Shown here piece after piece: positions 27,957 to 37,035 of a stretch of 64,000 nucleotides of DNA; position 1 is the stretch's first letter, and the number at the start of each line of letters is the position of its first letter. Below the pieces are notes generated by a model. It was not told where the DNA came from. It saw nothing but the letters and a program-made list of their open reading frames with translations, and searched no databases. Location: contig JAFAEX010000311.1 in NCBI GenBank assembly GCA_023423795.1, positions 18,947-82,946 on the forward strand, read 5' to 3'. The translations under genes and the position numbers were made by a program. This DNA is from Chloroflexota bacterium (GTDB lineage Bacteria > Chloroflexota > Chloroflexia > Thermomicrobiales > UBA6265).

Positions 27957-28312
27957 TCGAGGGCCCCTTTCTTCCAGGCGTAGATCAGACCTTCGAAGAG
28001 CGAGTACATGAAGACCATCATGCCGATGAAGCCGTACCAGCCGAGGCTGTCCATGATGACGGCCCACGGGAAGATGAAGATGGCCTCGATGTCGAAGACG
28101 ACGAAGAGCATGGCGACGACGTAGAAGCGCGGGGTGAAGCGCGGTTTGACCGGCGTGATGTCCGGCAACCCGGATTCGTAGGGCGCCTTCTTGGCCGCCG
28201 AGGGTTTGGACGGCCCGATGATGAGGTTGAGGCTGAGCAGCGTCATCCCCATCGCGAAGGCGGCGAGGGTCATCAGCCCGATCACCAGCCACTCGCCGCC
28301 GAACGCCTGCAC
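27947..28312 (-). CDS. nuoA: NADH-quinone oxidoreductase subunit A
   Basis: NuoA pattern: [40 protein letters not shown] call the GTG start at 28310-28312. It overlaps nuoB by 10 nt. Confidence 0.88.
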   Translation of the reverse strand: MQAFGGEWLVIGLMTLAAFAMGMTLLSLNLIIGPSKPSAAKKAPYESGLPDITPVKPRFTPRFYVVAMLFVVFDIEAIFIFPWAVIMDSLGWYGFIGMMVFMYSLFEGLIYAWKKGALEWV

Positions 28313-28552
28313 CGCCGTCCCCTCCGCCGCGCCGGGCCTGCCGCCCCGCACCGCCGTCGTACCCGTCTCCTGACTCCCGCGCACGCCTCGCTCGGCCGCG
28401 CCGGGGCCACGCGCAATCGTAGCACGGTGCGGCGCTCTTGCCGCCGCCATCGGGCCGGCAGAAGGGCGGAAAGTCGAGAACACGTGCCGGCATCCCGATG
28501 CTCGCCGTGCCGGTGGGGACGGAAACGCCCAACGGCCAGGCGTCCTGTTCTT

Positions 28553-28584
28553 CTCGACTCCTCGACTCCTCGCCTTCTCGACTC
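28553..28584 (+). repeat. Solo 4x8-bp tandem array CTCGACTC (one degenerate unit)
   Basis: Units are CTCGACTC, CTCGACTC, CTCGCCTT, CTCGACTC. The array is intergenic, between the divergent nuoA and MBL-hydrolase genes. Confidence 0.85.
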
Positions 28585-28641
28585 GTTGGCACGCCCGGTG
28601 CGCCACGGCAGGCGACGCGCGACGCGACCGGGGGATGCCCA

Positions 28642-29532
28642 ATGCCCGACCGCCAGCAGGACCAGCCGACGCCTACGCCGATGGCGATCGAGCCGCGCCC
28701 GGGCGACACCGCGCCCGACTTCGCCGAAGGCTCGGTCTATTTCATCGGCAACGCGACCGTCCTGATCCGCTTCGCCGGCTTCACGATCCTGACCGACCCC
28801 AGTTTCATCCACAAGCACGAGCAGACATGGCTCGGCTACGGCCTGCACACGACGCGGCTGACCGATCCCGCCTGCGACCTGGCCGACCTGCCGCCGCTCG
28901 ATTTCGTGCTGCTCTCCCACTTCCACGGCGACCACTTCGACCAGGCCGCCGAGGAGGGGCTGGACAAGGCCGTCCCGATCGTCACCGTGCGCCAGTCGGC
29001 GGCGTTGCTGGAGGAGCGCGGATTCAACAACACCTGGCCGCTCGACCCGTGGCAGGCGCAGGTCATCACCCGAGGCGAGGCCGAGGTGCGCATCACCGCG
29101 CTGCCGGCCCGCCACGGCCCGCTGATGATCGACTTCGCGCTGCCGGACGTGATGGGGTCGTTGCTGGAGTTTTCCCGCATCGGCGGTCCGCCGTTGGTGC
29201 GCCTGTACATATCCGGCGACACCCTGCTCATCGACGAACTGGCCGAGATCCCGCGGCGGTTCCCGGACATCGACCTCGGGCTGCTCCACCTCGGCGGCAC
29301 CCGCGTCCTCGGGGTGATGGTCTCGATGGACGACGAGCAGGGCGTGGAGTGCCTGAAGCTCGTCAACCCGCGCCGCGCCATCCCCATCCACTTCGACGAT
29401 TACGACGCCTTCACGTCGCCTTTGTCGGACTTCATCGCGCGCGCCCAGCGGGAGGGCCTGGGCGACCGGATGACAGTGCTCGAACGCGGCGAGACGGCCC
29501 GGTTTCATTCGCGAACGGGCGCAACGACGTAG
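28642..29532 (+). CDS. MBL-fold metallo-hydrolase
   Basis: It has the [11 protein letters not shown] metal-binding motif and a typical beta-lactamase-fold layout. The start is ATG 28642 (MPDRQQ), in frame within the longer track ORF. Confidence 0.85.
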   Translation: MPDRQQDQPTPTPMAIEPRPGDTAPDFAEGSVYFIGNATVLIRFAGFTILTDPSFIHKHEQTWLGYGLHTTRLTDPACDLADLPPLDFVLLSHFHGDHFDQAAEEGLDKAVPIVTVRQSAALLEERGFNNTWPLDPWQAQVITRGEAEVRITALPARHGPLMIDFALPDVMGSLLEFSRIGGPPLVRLYISGDTLLIDELAEIPRRFPDIDLGLLHLGGTRVLGVMVSMDDEQGVECLKLVNPRRAIPIHFDDYDAFTSPLSDFIARAQREGLGDRMTVLERGETARFHSRTGATT

Positions 29533-29684
29533 AACGGACGCACCGGAGTAGGCGGCGCTGCTCATTTCGGGCGCCGCGGCGCTCGCGGCCGCTCCGTCAA
29601 CTCCCGGAGCCGACGCCGTTGTTTCGGTGCCCTGCTTGCCGTTTGCCCGCCGGCCGATCGGTGGGCGTCCTGACTCGCGCTGGG

Positions 29685-30602
29685 TCAGGTTCCAGCCGAA
29701 GGCCGTTTGATCAGCAACGCCCAAAATTCGTTGTGGCCGGCGAGCGTGTCGAACACGCGAGCTGGTTCGAGGCCGATTACACCGAGTTCGTTGAGCAGCC
29801 CGATGATTGAGCGCAACGACCGCGGCGTGAACTGCCACGCATGAAAATCGAGGTACTCGTTGCGGGAGGTGGCCCGATCGTACGACTCCATCGCGAGGGC
29901 AATGACTTCGGCGCCCAGTTGTGCCTGCTCGCCGTGGTCACCGCGCCAGTGGCGGACGGGATCATTGTGCGCGCCCATCGTTTCGTGCTGGATGGCCGTC
30001 CGTAGCGTGTGGAACCGCCGACGTTCGATGAACGCCACGATGACTTCCGCGATCGCGCTTTCCGGCAGGAAGTGGTCGAAGCAGTACCGGTTGTCCGGTA
30101 CGAACAGCAGATAGACGCCGCCGGGGGACAGGATGCGCTCGACCTGCTGCAAATGGGTGACGAGGTCGGGTTGGTGTTCGATGACGTGGCTGCTGAAAAC
30201 GACATCGAACTCGTCATCCACGATCGCGAGATCCCCGGTCGGGGACACGAAATCGATAGCCGGCACATCGACATCCACGAACCCGAGGTCCGCCGCGTGG
30301 CGGATGAGTCCAGCCCGGTCCAGGACGTCGAAATACCGCACGTTCGCGCCGCTGAAAGTGGGCTTGAAGAACGGTCCAATCTCGAGGATGCGGGACGCAA
30401 TTGGCACGAGATCCCGGAGCGCTTCCCTTGTTTCGAGCGGATGCGCTCGTCGCCCCATTGTCCGCCCGTATTGCTCATAGTGATCGCCCAGTTCGGCGTC
30501 CGTCAGGTACCAGAGATCGGAATGCAGCGAGCGATAGGTCCACGGTTCGAATTCCAAGGGGATCGTCGCCAGATCGAGGATCCCACGAGGTCCGACCGAC
30601 AT
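29685..30602 (-). CDS. Class I SAM-dependent methyltransferase (homologous to the N-terminal third of the 20961-23354 protein)
   Basis: Sequence: ILEIGPFFKP...FDVVFSSHVIEHQPDLVTHLQQVERILSPGGVYLLFVPDNRYCFDHFLPES. The N-terminal motif is YRSLHSDLWYLTDAELGDHYEQYGRTMGRRAH. Confidence 0.85.
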   Translation of the reverse strand: MSVGPRGILDLATIPLEFEPWTYRSLHSDLWYLTDAELGDHYEQYGRTMGRRAHPLETREALRDLVPIASRILEIGPFFKPTFSGANVRYFDVLDRAGLIRHAADLGFVDVDVPAIDFVSPTGDLAIVDDEFDVVFSSHVIEHQPDLVTHLQQVERILSPGGVYLLFVPDNRYCFDHFLPESAIAEVIVAFIERRRFHTLRTAIQHETMGAHNDPVRHWRGDHGEQAQLGAEVIALAMESYDRATSRNEYLDFHAWQFTPRSLRSIIGLLNELGVIGLEPARVFDTLAGHNEFWALLIKRPSAGT

Positions 30603-30690
30603 CGGGCCGCACTCCTATCGACGATTCGCCGCTTTCGCGCGGGTCGATTGCTGGACGGCGAAGACGGCCGCGCTGACTCGTTTGGAGTTC

Positions 30691-33600
30691 TTAGCTGGCT
30701 CCTGTCGCAAGATCCTTGCGCCGGGAAAACAGGATCGAAGGCAATTGCTCGCCCGCGAGGGCCAGGTCGAGGAAATGTTGTTTGTCGATCGGCTCGAGCG
30801 TGGTCCCGTGTGTTGCCCGCCACCACGCGTAGTCCCAAAACTGGTCCATCCACGTCAGGGTTGCCTGCTGACGGACCAGGCGGTCTGGCCTCGTGCCGCC
30901 ACCCACGATGTTTACGATGTTTATCGTGTGGAACGAGACGTAGAAGCTGCATGCCGCGGTCGCGATCCTGGATCCGAGGGAGGCTAGCATTCGGTACTCT
31001 GCTCCTTCGGTGTCGATCTTGACCAGCGCATGAGGGTCGTTCAGCCAGCCACGGCGGTCGAATTCGCGCCCGGTGTCCAGACCACGCACCGTCGCCATCG
31101 CGCCGGGTTCGAGCACCTCACCTCCTCGTTCAACAGACGAGAAGAAGGTCGTCTGCGAATCGCCGGGGCTGAACGCGTGGAGCACCGCGGGGCCGTCCTG
31201 ATCCGTGAGCGCGGCATCGATGATGTCGATCCGGCTGGCGAACTCGGGGTTGAGCTCAATGTTTCGGTGAAGGGCCTCCAGCGCGACCGGGTCGCATTCA
31301 TAGGCGGTAACGGACGCGCCCTTGCTCGCCGCGAACAGGACCGTCGGTCCTATCCAGGCGCCGCAGTCCACGTACGTCGTGCCGCTCGATACGAGGCGGT
31401 CGAGGACGGCGAACGTGTCGAGTTCCCACGCGCCCTGGTTGACTTCGTCCCAGAAGTTCGGAACGCTCGGCATCGGCCGGGCCAGGAATTGCTGGCCCCG
31501 AATCCGCACCTGGATTGGCGCCGCGTCAGCCGACGATGCGAGTGCCGAGTGGCCACCACCCGGGCCAGGCCTCGAATTCGGATCCGCGTGTCGCCCCGCC
31601 GAATGGCGTTCGAATGATAGGGGACGGCCGTTAGCGGCGTTCCAGCCGGTGGTTGGCATAGGGCTGCGCTCTCCGAGCACGAGATCGATGAGCGATGCCC
31701 ATTCTCCGTCGTCCACGGCACGGGAAGCCGCGCCGGCCACGAGGGCGGCAAGCCCGCGCCGCCGTGCGACATCGCAGGCGTCGATGAACTCGACGCCCGT
31801 CCGAGACCGTTCCTCGGCGATTTGGCCCGCGATCGCCGCGTATCGATCGGCCGGGAGCAGCGCCGTCGGCCGGCCGGCATACAACAGCGCAACCATCGCG
31901 TAGACCCGGTCTGGCCATGGTGCCGCATCTGACGACAGGAGGGCGGCAACCTTGGCGATCCTGGTCGAATCCACGTGCCGTCGAACCCAGTAGAGACTGC
32001 CAGGGAACTTGTGCAAGCCCCGGGACGAGCGGAAGAGGCCTGCTTTCGGTGGGTCCGGCGCGGTTTCGGCGTCCGCGATGATCACGAGGTCATGCTCGCG
32101 AGCGGTCCGCAGCGCGTCGTCAACTCCGTTGAGGACGAACACGTCGTCGCCCGCGACGCAACACTCGCCGCCGGGCCAAACGAGCGGGGCGGCGATTCGT
32201 TCTACCTCGACGCGGCGTCTCGCCTCGGCGGCCAGCCCACGTCCCATCGCTTGTTCGATCGTGGCGAAGACGAGGTCGCTTTGCGCAACGGTGGCGAACG
32301 GGGCCAGGGCCGTGAACTCACGTCGCGCGTGATCATCCCAATGATGTGAGCCGAAGAGCGTGATTCCGTTGGGACTGTACCCGTTGAGGATGATGCCGTA
32401 GACCGCGGTCAAGGCCCTGTGCGGCGATTCGCCGTCGGTGAAGAACCACAACTCCGGGCCGTTTGGGTAGCGCAGCGATTCCAGCACCCGTGGCAGGTGC
32501 TCTGAAAGACTCCTGGCAGGAGCTGGACCGTCAACGTTGATACGGTCCGACCCAGCCCGCCGATCGTCGTTCGTTTCCGCGGCGAACATCTCCCAGGCGA
32601 TCGCCACCTCGAGCCCGAGCGTGAGCCATTCCTCGTCGTTCCGCCACGGTCGGCGAAATCCGGTCCGGGTCGTTTTGCTGCGGAGTTCCACATATCGCTG
32701 ATGGTTGGCATTGACCTCGTCGGGGTCGAACGATGACGCTCCCGTCCACGCCATCAGGACGCCGTGGTTCAGCGCCGGATACCGTTCGTCGGGAAGGTTC
32801 CACTCGGTTCCGAACCGTGCGGCGAACCGTTCGGTCCATTCGACGTGTTCGATTCCGTAACCGTGGAACCGCGTGTCCAGATATCCCACGGAGTCGAGGG
32901 CGGCGCGCGACGTCACCGTGCACACTCCGGTGACGTGGGGGGTTGCGTACGGTCGGATCGCCGTCCCCGGTTCCGTCGGCCGGTCCTCCGGTGCGAGATC
33001 TGCGTTGTAACTCGATCCATCGAAGTTGACGTGGCGCCATTGGTGTCCGGCGTCGATCCATACCCGCTCCCAGCCATCCCGAACCGGCCAGGTGTCGTCT
33101 TCGAGCAGGATGATCGGGTCGCAATCGGTGCATTCGCGGAGGAAGTAGAGCGCGCGGTTCTTGTTCCAGGCGCAGCCGCGACGGTCGCCCGTCACGACCG
33201 GTACGCCTTCCCCGCGTGCCCACTCCACGGTTTCGTCAGTGCTTCCGTCGTCGGCGATCACGAGGACGTACGGACTGGTGGTATGGCGCGCAATCCGGGC
33301 GACGCACTGTTTGAGCGCGTCGAGGCGATTCATCGTGATGACGCCGATGCCCAGCACGCCAGTTCGGGGACCGGTGTCGCGGCTGCGTGTCATGTTCGCC
33401 CGTGGTGCGGTGTCCCACGATTGGCCCGGCCCTTCGGGGGTCGAACGCTCCCCCGGATCGGGGGTGCTCGCTTGCGCCGTATTGCCGCCCATTGTTCGGA
33501 CGCCCGCGGAAGCGATCTCCAACCGGTAGGCGCGCTCCTCGATCGGCACCAGCGGACGATGGTCACCCACTACATCTTTCCGCACCAGCGTCGGGAACCC

Positions 33601-34278
33601 TAGTTGCACCGCGTCGAAGGCGTAGCACGGGTCGTCCGTCAGCGGCGGGTCGATGCGCCACCGGATCTTTCGGTACAGCTCGCGGTGGACCATCAGGTAT
33701 CCGGCGGTGTTCCAGTGGGCCTGCACCGGAAAGCGGTAGCGCACGCCGCCCCAGCGCCCGACCGGTGAGATGAACTTCACCCTCCGTCCACTGAGGCGAT
33801 AGCCGGGCACCTCGCCGCCAACGATCGGCCAGTTGAGGGCCAGCAGCCCGGAGACCGAGTTCGGCGCCGGCGTCACGTCGGTGTCGAGGAACAGGATCCA
33901 GTCCGCGTCCCGCCGCATTGCGTACTCGACGATCAGGTTCCGCCCGGTGCAGATCCTCACCAGTCGCTCGTAACCGTCGATTCGGGTCGCCCCGGTGTCG
34001 ATAGAAAAGCCCCATTCGTCGTCCACCAGCCCGCCGAACGGGCTGGCGGACGGGTTTGCTCCGTGGTGTTCGAGCGCGACAAACCAGGCGAGCCGGAACC
34101 CCGCCGAGGCAGCGTCGGCCTCCATCGCGGCCCGTTCCGATAACCAGGCCAGGTGTTCCGCGGCGTCGTCCAGCTTGTACGGAGCGCACGTGGCGCCGAC
34201 TACGATAGTGCGCGTCTTCGTCCGGTCGTCCGGCTTCGTCGTGACGGTCTTCGATGTCCCGCTTCGGGTCTTGCCCAT
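30691..34278 (-). CDS. 1,195-aa multidomain enzyme: GT-A-like domain + GT2 glycosyltransferase + unknown middle region + C-terminal FkbM-family methyltransferase
   Basis: The start is ATG 34276-34278, preceded by AGGGGGA. The DxD-type motif is ILFLDTDV. The GT2 core reads GIGVITMNRLDALKQCV...VLVIADDGSTDETVEW...LLEDD. The FkbM core reads TYVDCGAWIGPTVLFAASKGASVTAYECDP...VKIDTEGAEYRML. Confidence 0.85.
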   Translation of the reverse strand: MGKTRSGTSKTVTTKPDDRTKTRTIVVGATCAPYKLDDAAEHLAWLSERAAMEADAASAGFRLAWFVALEHHGANPSASPFGGLVDDEWGFSIDTGATRIDGYERLVRICTGRNLIVEYAMRRDADWILFLDTDVTPAPNSVSGLLALNWPIVGGEVPGYRLSGRRVKFISPVGRWGGVRYRFPVQAHWNTAGYLMVHRELYRKIRWRIDPPLTDDPCYAFDAVQLGFPTLVRKDVVGDHRPLVPIEERAYRLEIASAGVRTMGGNTAQASTPDPGERSTPEGPGQSWDTAPRANMTRSRDTGPRTGVLGIGVITMNRLDALKQCVARIARHTTSPYVLVIADDGSTDETVEWARGEGVPVVTGDRRGCAWNKNRALYFLRECTDCDPIILLEDDTWPVRDGWERVWIDAGHQWRHVNFDGSSYNADLAPEDRPTEPGTAIRPYATPHVTGVCTVTSRAALDSVGYLDTRFHGYGIEHVEWTERFAARFGTEWNLPDERYPALNHGVLMAWTGASSFDPDEVNANHQRYVELRSKTTRTGFRRPWRNDEEWLTLGLEVAIAWEMFAAETNDDRRAGSDRINVDGPAPARSLSEHLPRVLESLRYPNGPELWFFTDGESPHRALTAVYGIILNGYSPNGITLFGSHHWDDHARREFTALAPFATVAQSDLVFATIEQAMGRGLAAEARRRVEVERIAAPLVWPGGECCVAGDDVFVLNGVDDALRTAREHDLVIIADAETAPDPPKAGLFRSSRGLHKFPGSLYWVRRHVDSTRIAKVAALLSSDAAPWPDRVYAMVALLYAGRPTALLPADRYAAIAGQIAEERSRTGVEFIDACDVARRRGLAALVAGAASRAVDDGEWASLIDLVLGERSPMPTTGWNAANGRPLSFERHSAGRHADPNSRPGPGGGHSALASSADAAPIQVRIRGQQFLARPMPSVPNFWDEVNQGAWELDTFAVLDRLVSSGTTYVDCGAWIGPTVLFAASKGASVTAYECDPVALEALHRNIELNPEFASRIDIIDAALTDQDGPAVLHAFSPGDSQTTFFSSVERGGEVLEPGAMATVRGLDTGREFDRRGWLNDPHALVKIDTEGAEYRMLASLGSRIATAACSFYVSFHTINIVNIVGGGTRPDRLVRQQATLTWMDQFWDYAWWRATHGTTLEPIDKQHFLDLALAGEQLPSILFSRRKDLATGAS

Positions 34279-34382
34279 GATCCCCCTATCGTCGTCCGAC
34301 GGCATCGTCGGGCGCGCTGGCCGGCTCTCCCGCGGTGCGCGCCGCATCCGCTCGGCTCGCCGCGGACATGCGTGTCGATCGG

Positions 34383-36239
34383 TCAGGAAACGGTCGTGTG
34401 CGCAACGTCGAATGGCTCGAAGCGAACCGGATTTTCCCGCCACCGCGCCAGTTCATGCCGCACCATGCCGTTGTTTTGCCGCCAGTCGTTCATGATCGCC
34501 TTTTCCGCGCCGCGTTCCGCCGGCGCGTGCGTGCCGCCGACGCCTTCGCCGACGAACGGCTCGTACCCTTGCACGATTGCCACGTTCGGTAAGGCGAACT
34601 CGGCGAAGAAGCGGTTTCCGCCGAACGCTTCCGGGCCGGCGAAGAAAAACTTGGGATGAACCCGGTCGACAAAATCTCGCACGCAGGCGTACCGCATCGC
34701 GAAGTGGGTCGAGACCGCCATCGCGCCCAGCGGCGCGCATGGCGCGTCGTACATGCGGCGTAGTGCGTTCGTCTGCTCGAGGTGCACCGGCTGAAACATC
34801 AGCCAATGCGGCGCCCAGACCCCGATTGCCGGGTTGGCGAAGATCGCGTCGGCCTCCGACCGCGCGGCCCAGAACCATCGCTCGACCGCCCAGCGCGCTT
34901 GGCCGTACTCCAGCTGGTCCAGCTTGGAGATTCCCTTCGTATGACCGAACCAAACCACGTCGAACGGTTCGGCGCATTCGCGGAGCGCCGCCAGCCCCGC
35001 GACCGTGCCCGCGACGTCGGAGGAAACCTGGACCCCCGGCGGCGCATCGCGCACCTCCGCGTCCAGCCCGCTCGCCTCGACCATTTCCCGCCACCCTGGC
35101 GCCGAACCGTGGTTGATCCCCACGAAGATCTTCGAATCGGCGTGGCGACGCTTCAGCATCTCCAGGAAATAGGCGGCAAGCGGCAGGCCCGATTCCGGCA
35201 CCCAGCTCGAAAAAACCACCGCGTCCCGAGGCCGGCCGGTCGGTTTGCGGTGCGGCCGCGGCGCCGTCCGGGTTGCCGGCGCCCAGCGCGGACCGCGCCG
35301 AACCACGCCGGTCGGGGCCAGCGCCACATCGACGATCTCCAGCGTTGCCCCGGCCGGCGCCACGGGTTTCAGCCGGAACGACGTGCCACCCTGGAACCCC
35401 GGGTGAAGGCGCCAGTTGCGCGGCTCGGCCGGCGCGATGGAGATCGATGAAACCTCTTCCCAGTCATCCAGCGCCAGGTCGAACTCGACGTGTACGACAC
35501 CCGTCGCCAGATCCACCGCCAGGTCGAGGAAATCCAGCGTGTGATGGAGGAAGGACGGGTCGTGGACATCGACGTAGACATCGGCGGCGACCCCGCGCGC
35601 GAGCGGCAACCGCAGATGCAGCGCATCCATCCCACGCACCATGAGCGTGAGCTCGCCGCGCAGCGCGCCCTCGATCGGGTCGCGCAGGATCAGCTTCAGC
35701 TTCGGATCGACCAGGTCGCCGATCGCGTGCAGGACGGTCGGGTTCGCCGGATCGACCGTCCAGCCCTGCACCTTCGCACGGACCGGCGGATGAGCGTCCC
35801 CGTCATCGTCCCGGTCTGGGCCGGCGCCGGGCTCGGCGGCGAGATCGGCCCGCTTCGGCGCGAAGGGAGTCTCTTCGGGTGCGGGATGTTCGCCGGCGAT
35901 GTCGGTAGTGTGGCCTGTCGGACCATCGCGGGCCGCGAGCAGGTCGAACGCAATGCCCTCCAGGCCCGCTTCGATCGTGAGCGGGAACGTCTCGACCAGC
36001 GCGGTCGCGACATCGGGCCGGTCCGCCAGCCATTCCGCGAACGCCATCGGCACCACGAACGCGGCGGCTCCACGGTCGGCGGCCAGCCGGAGCCACGCGA
36101 TGACCTCGCCGGTGTGGGCCGGCATGCCGTTATCGAACGGCGCTTGCTCCCACGTGACCGACTTCGGCAGTCCCGTCGGAACGGGACCGACCCCCACCAG
36201 GCGCCGCACGGGGGAACCGCGCCGTTTTCGGCCTTTCAT
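34383..36239 (-). CDS. Hypothetical protein carrying the second copy of uncharacterised domain X (C-terminal 280 aa)
   Basis: The start is ATG 36237-36239 (MKGRKRRGSP), overlapping the upstream methyltransferase stop (ATGA). The C-terminus (DAVVFSSWVPE...RHADSKIFVGINHGS...VWFGHTKG...FGGNRFFAEF) aligns without gaps to 20961-21893. The rest of the 1,017-aa track ORF is rejected. Confidence 0.8.
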   Translation of the reverse strand: MKGRKRRGSPVRRLVGVGPVPTGLPKSVTWEQAPFDNGMPAHTGEVIAWLRLAADRGAAAFVVPMAFAEWLADRPDVATALVETFPLTIEAGLEGIAFDLLAARDGPTGHTTDIAGEHPAPEETPFAPKRADLAAEPGAGPDRDDDGDAHPPVRAKVQGWTVDPANPTVLHAIGDLVDPKLKLILRDPIEGALRGELTLMVRGMDALHLRLPLARGVAADVYVDVHDPSFLHHTLDFLDLAVDLATGVVHVEFDLALDDWEEVSSISIAPAEPRNWRLHPGFQGGTSFRLKPVAPAGATLEIVDVALAPTGVVRRGPRWAPATRTAPRPHRKPTGRPRDAVVFSSWVPESGLPLAAYFLEMLKRRHADSKIFVGINHGSAPGWREMVEASGLDAEVRDAPPGVQVSSDVAGTVAGLAALRECAEPFDVVWFGHTKGISKLDQLEYGQARWAVERWFWAARSEADAIFANPAIGVWAPHWLMFQPVHLEQTNALRRMYDAPCAPLGAMAVSTHFAMRYACVRDFVDRVHPKFFFAGPEAFGGNRFFAEFALPNVAIVQGYEPFVGEGVGGTHAPAERGAEKAIMNDWRQNNGMVRHELARWRENPVRFEPFDVAHTTVS

Positions 36240-36967
36240 CGCTCGTGCTCCCGTCCGCGCGCCGTCGCCACGACGGCCATCGGCAGGAATGTCACCGTGT
36301 CCAGGCGACGCAGGACCGACGCGAACGCTGGGTGGTCGTCCGGCAAGAAACCGCGAGGGCTTCCCGCAAGGGTCCACGCCAGCGAGGTGAGGACGATTGG
36401 CAGGCCTGGTTCCGCCGGAGCCAAAAACGGGCCCATGCGGGAGGCGCGCGGCAGCCGGTCGCGCAGCGAAGCATCGGCTTGCGCGGCCGCATTGCCGAAC
36501 GCGGCGGGGTCCTGCAACGCTTCCGGCGAATCGTCGTACACGCCTTCGCACGCGTAGAACCCGGACGGCTCGATCGCCGGAAACAGCGCGGAGAACGACG
36601 CCCATTGTTGGGCGCCGTCCCGGCTGCCGTCGTCGATCACCACCCGGAACCGATGGTCTCGCAACAGATCCGCCAGCAACGCGCCGTTGCCTTGCGGACC
36701 GTGGACGATGCGGCACCGAGGCGGCAGATCCGGGACGAACACGCGGCGGATGTCGAGTCCGACGATCCGCGCGTTCGGAAAGTACTCGAGCCACACGTGC
36801 AGCGACGAGCCGTCGCCGACGCCGATCTCGAGCAGGTCGAAAGCATCGTCCCGAAACGGTGCGAGGAAGGGTTCGTAGCGTCGCAGCAGGTCCCGGTAGA
36901 GCGACGACCTGCTCGTGCCCCGTTCCCGTCCGATCTGGTCGAGGTCCCGGCGCCGCGTCCCCGTCAC
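36236..36967 (-). CDS. Class I SAM-dependent methyltransferase
   Basis: GTG start at 36965-36967, preceded by GGAGGA. The SAM-binding motif region reads LLEIGVGDGSSLHVWLEYFPNARIVGLDI...VVIDDGS. Confidence 0.8.
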   Translation of the reverse strand: MTGTRRRDLDQIGRERGTSRSSLYRDLLRRYEPFLAPFRDDAFDLLEIGVGDGSSLHVWLEYFPNARIVGLDIRRVFVPDLPPRCRIVHGPQGNGALLADLLRDHRFRVVIDDGSRDGAQQWASFSALFPAIEPSGFYACEGVYDDSPEALQDPAAFGNAAAQADASLRDRLPRASRMGPFLAPAEPGLPIVLTSLAWTLAGSPRGFLPDDHPAFASVLRRLDTVTFLPMAVVATARGREHER

Positions 36968-36980
36968 CCGCGTCCTCCGG

Positions 36981-37020
36981 AAAACGAAAACGGGGTGGCA
37001 GGACGCGCCCTGCCACCCCG
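36981..37020 (-). terminator. Intrinsic terminator directly after the Cys-rich gene
   Basis: On the minus strand, the stem is a perfect 12 bp (CGGGGTGGCAGG with CCTGCCACCCCG) with a 6-nt loop, followed by TTTTCGTTTT. It starts 15 nt after the stop at 37036 and ends 13 nt before the GTG of the next gene. Confidence 0.65.
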
Positions 37021-37035
37021 GGGAGCGTACCAGCC

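Noticed and set aside
28553-28584. Octamer tandem arrays (also at 59383, 60458 and 60878) considered as a CRISPR or mini-CRISPR.
   Set aside because: The units are 8 bp and directly abutting, with no spacers. Each array totals only 32 bp, and there are no cas genes in the window.
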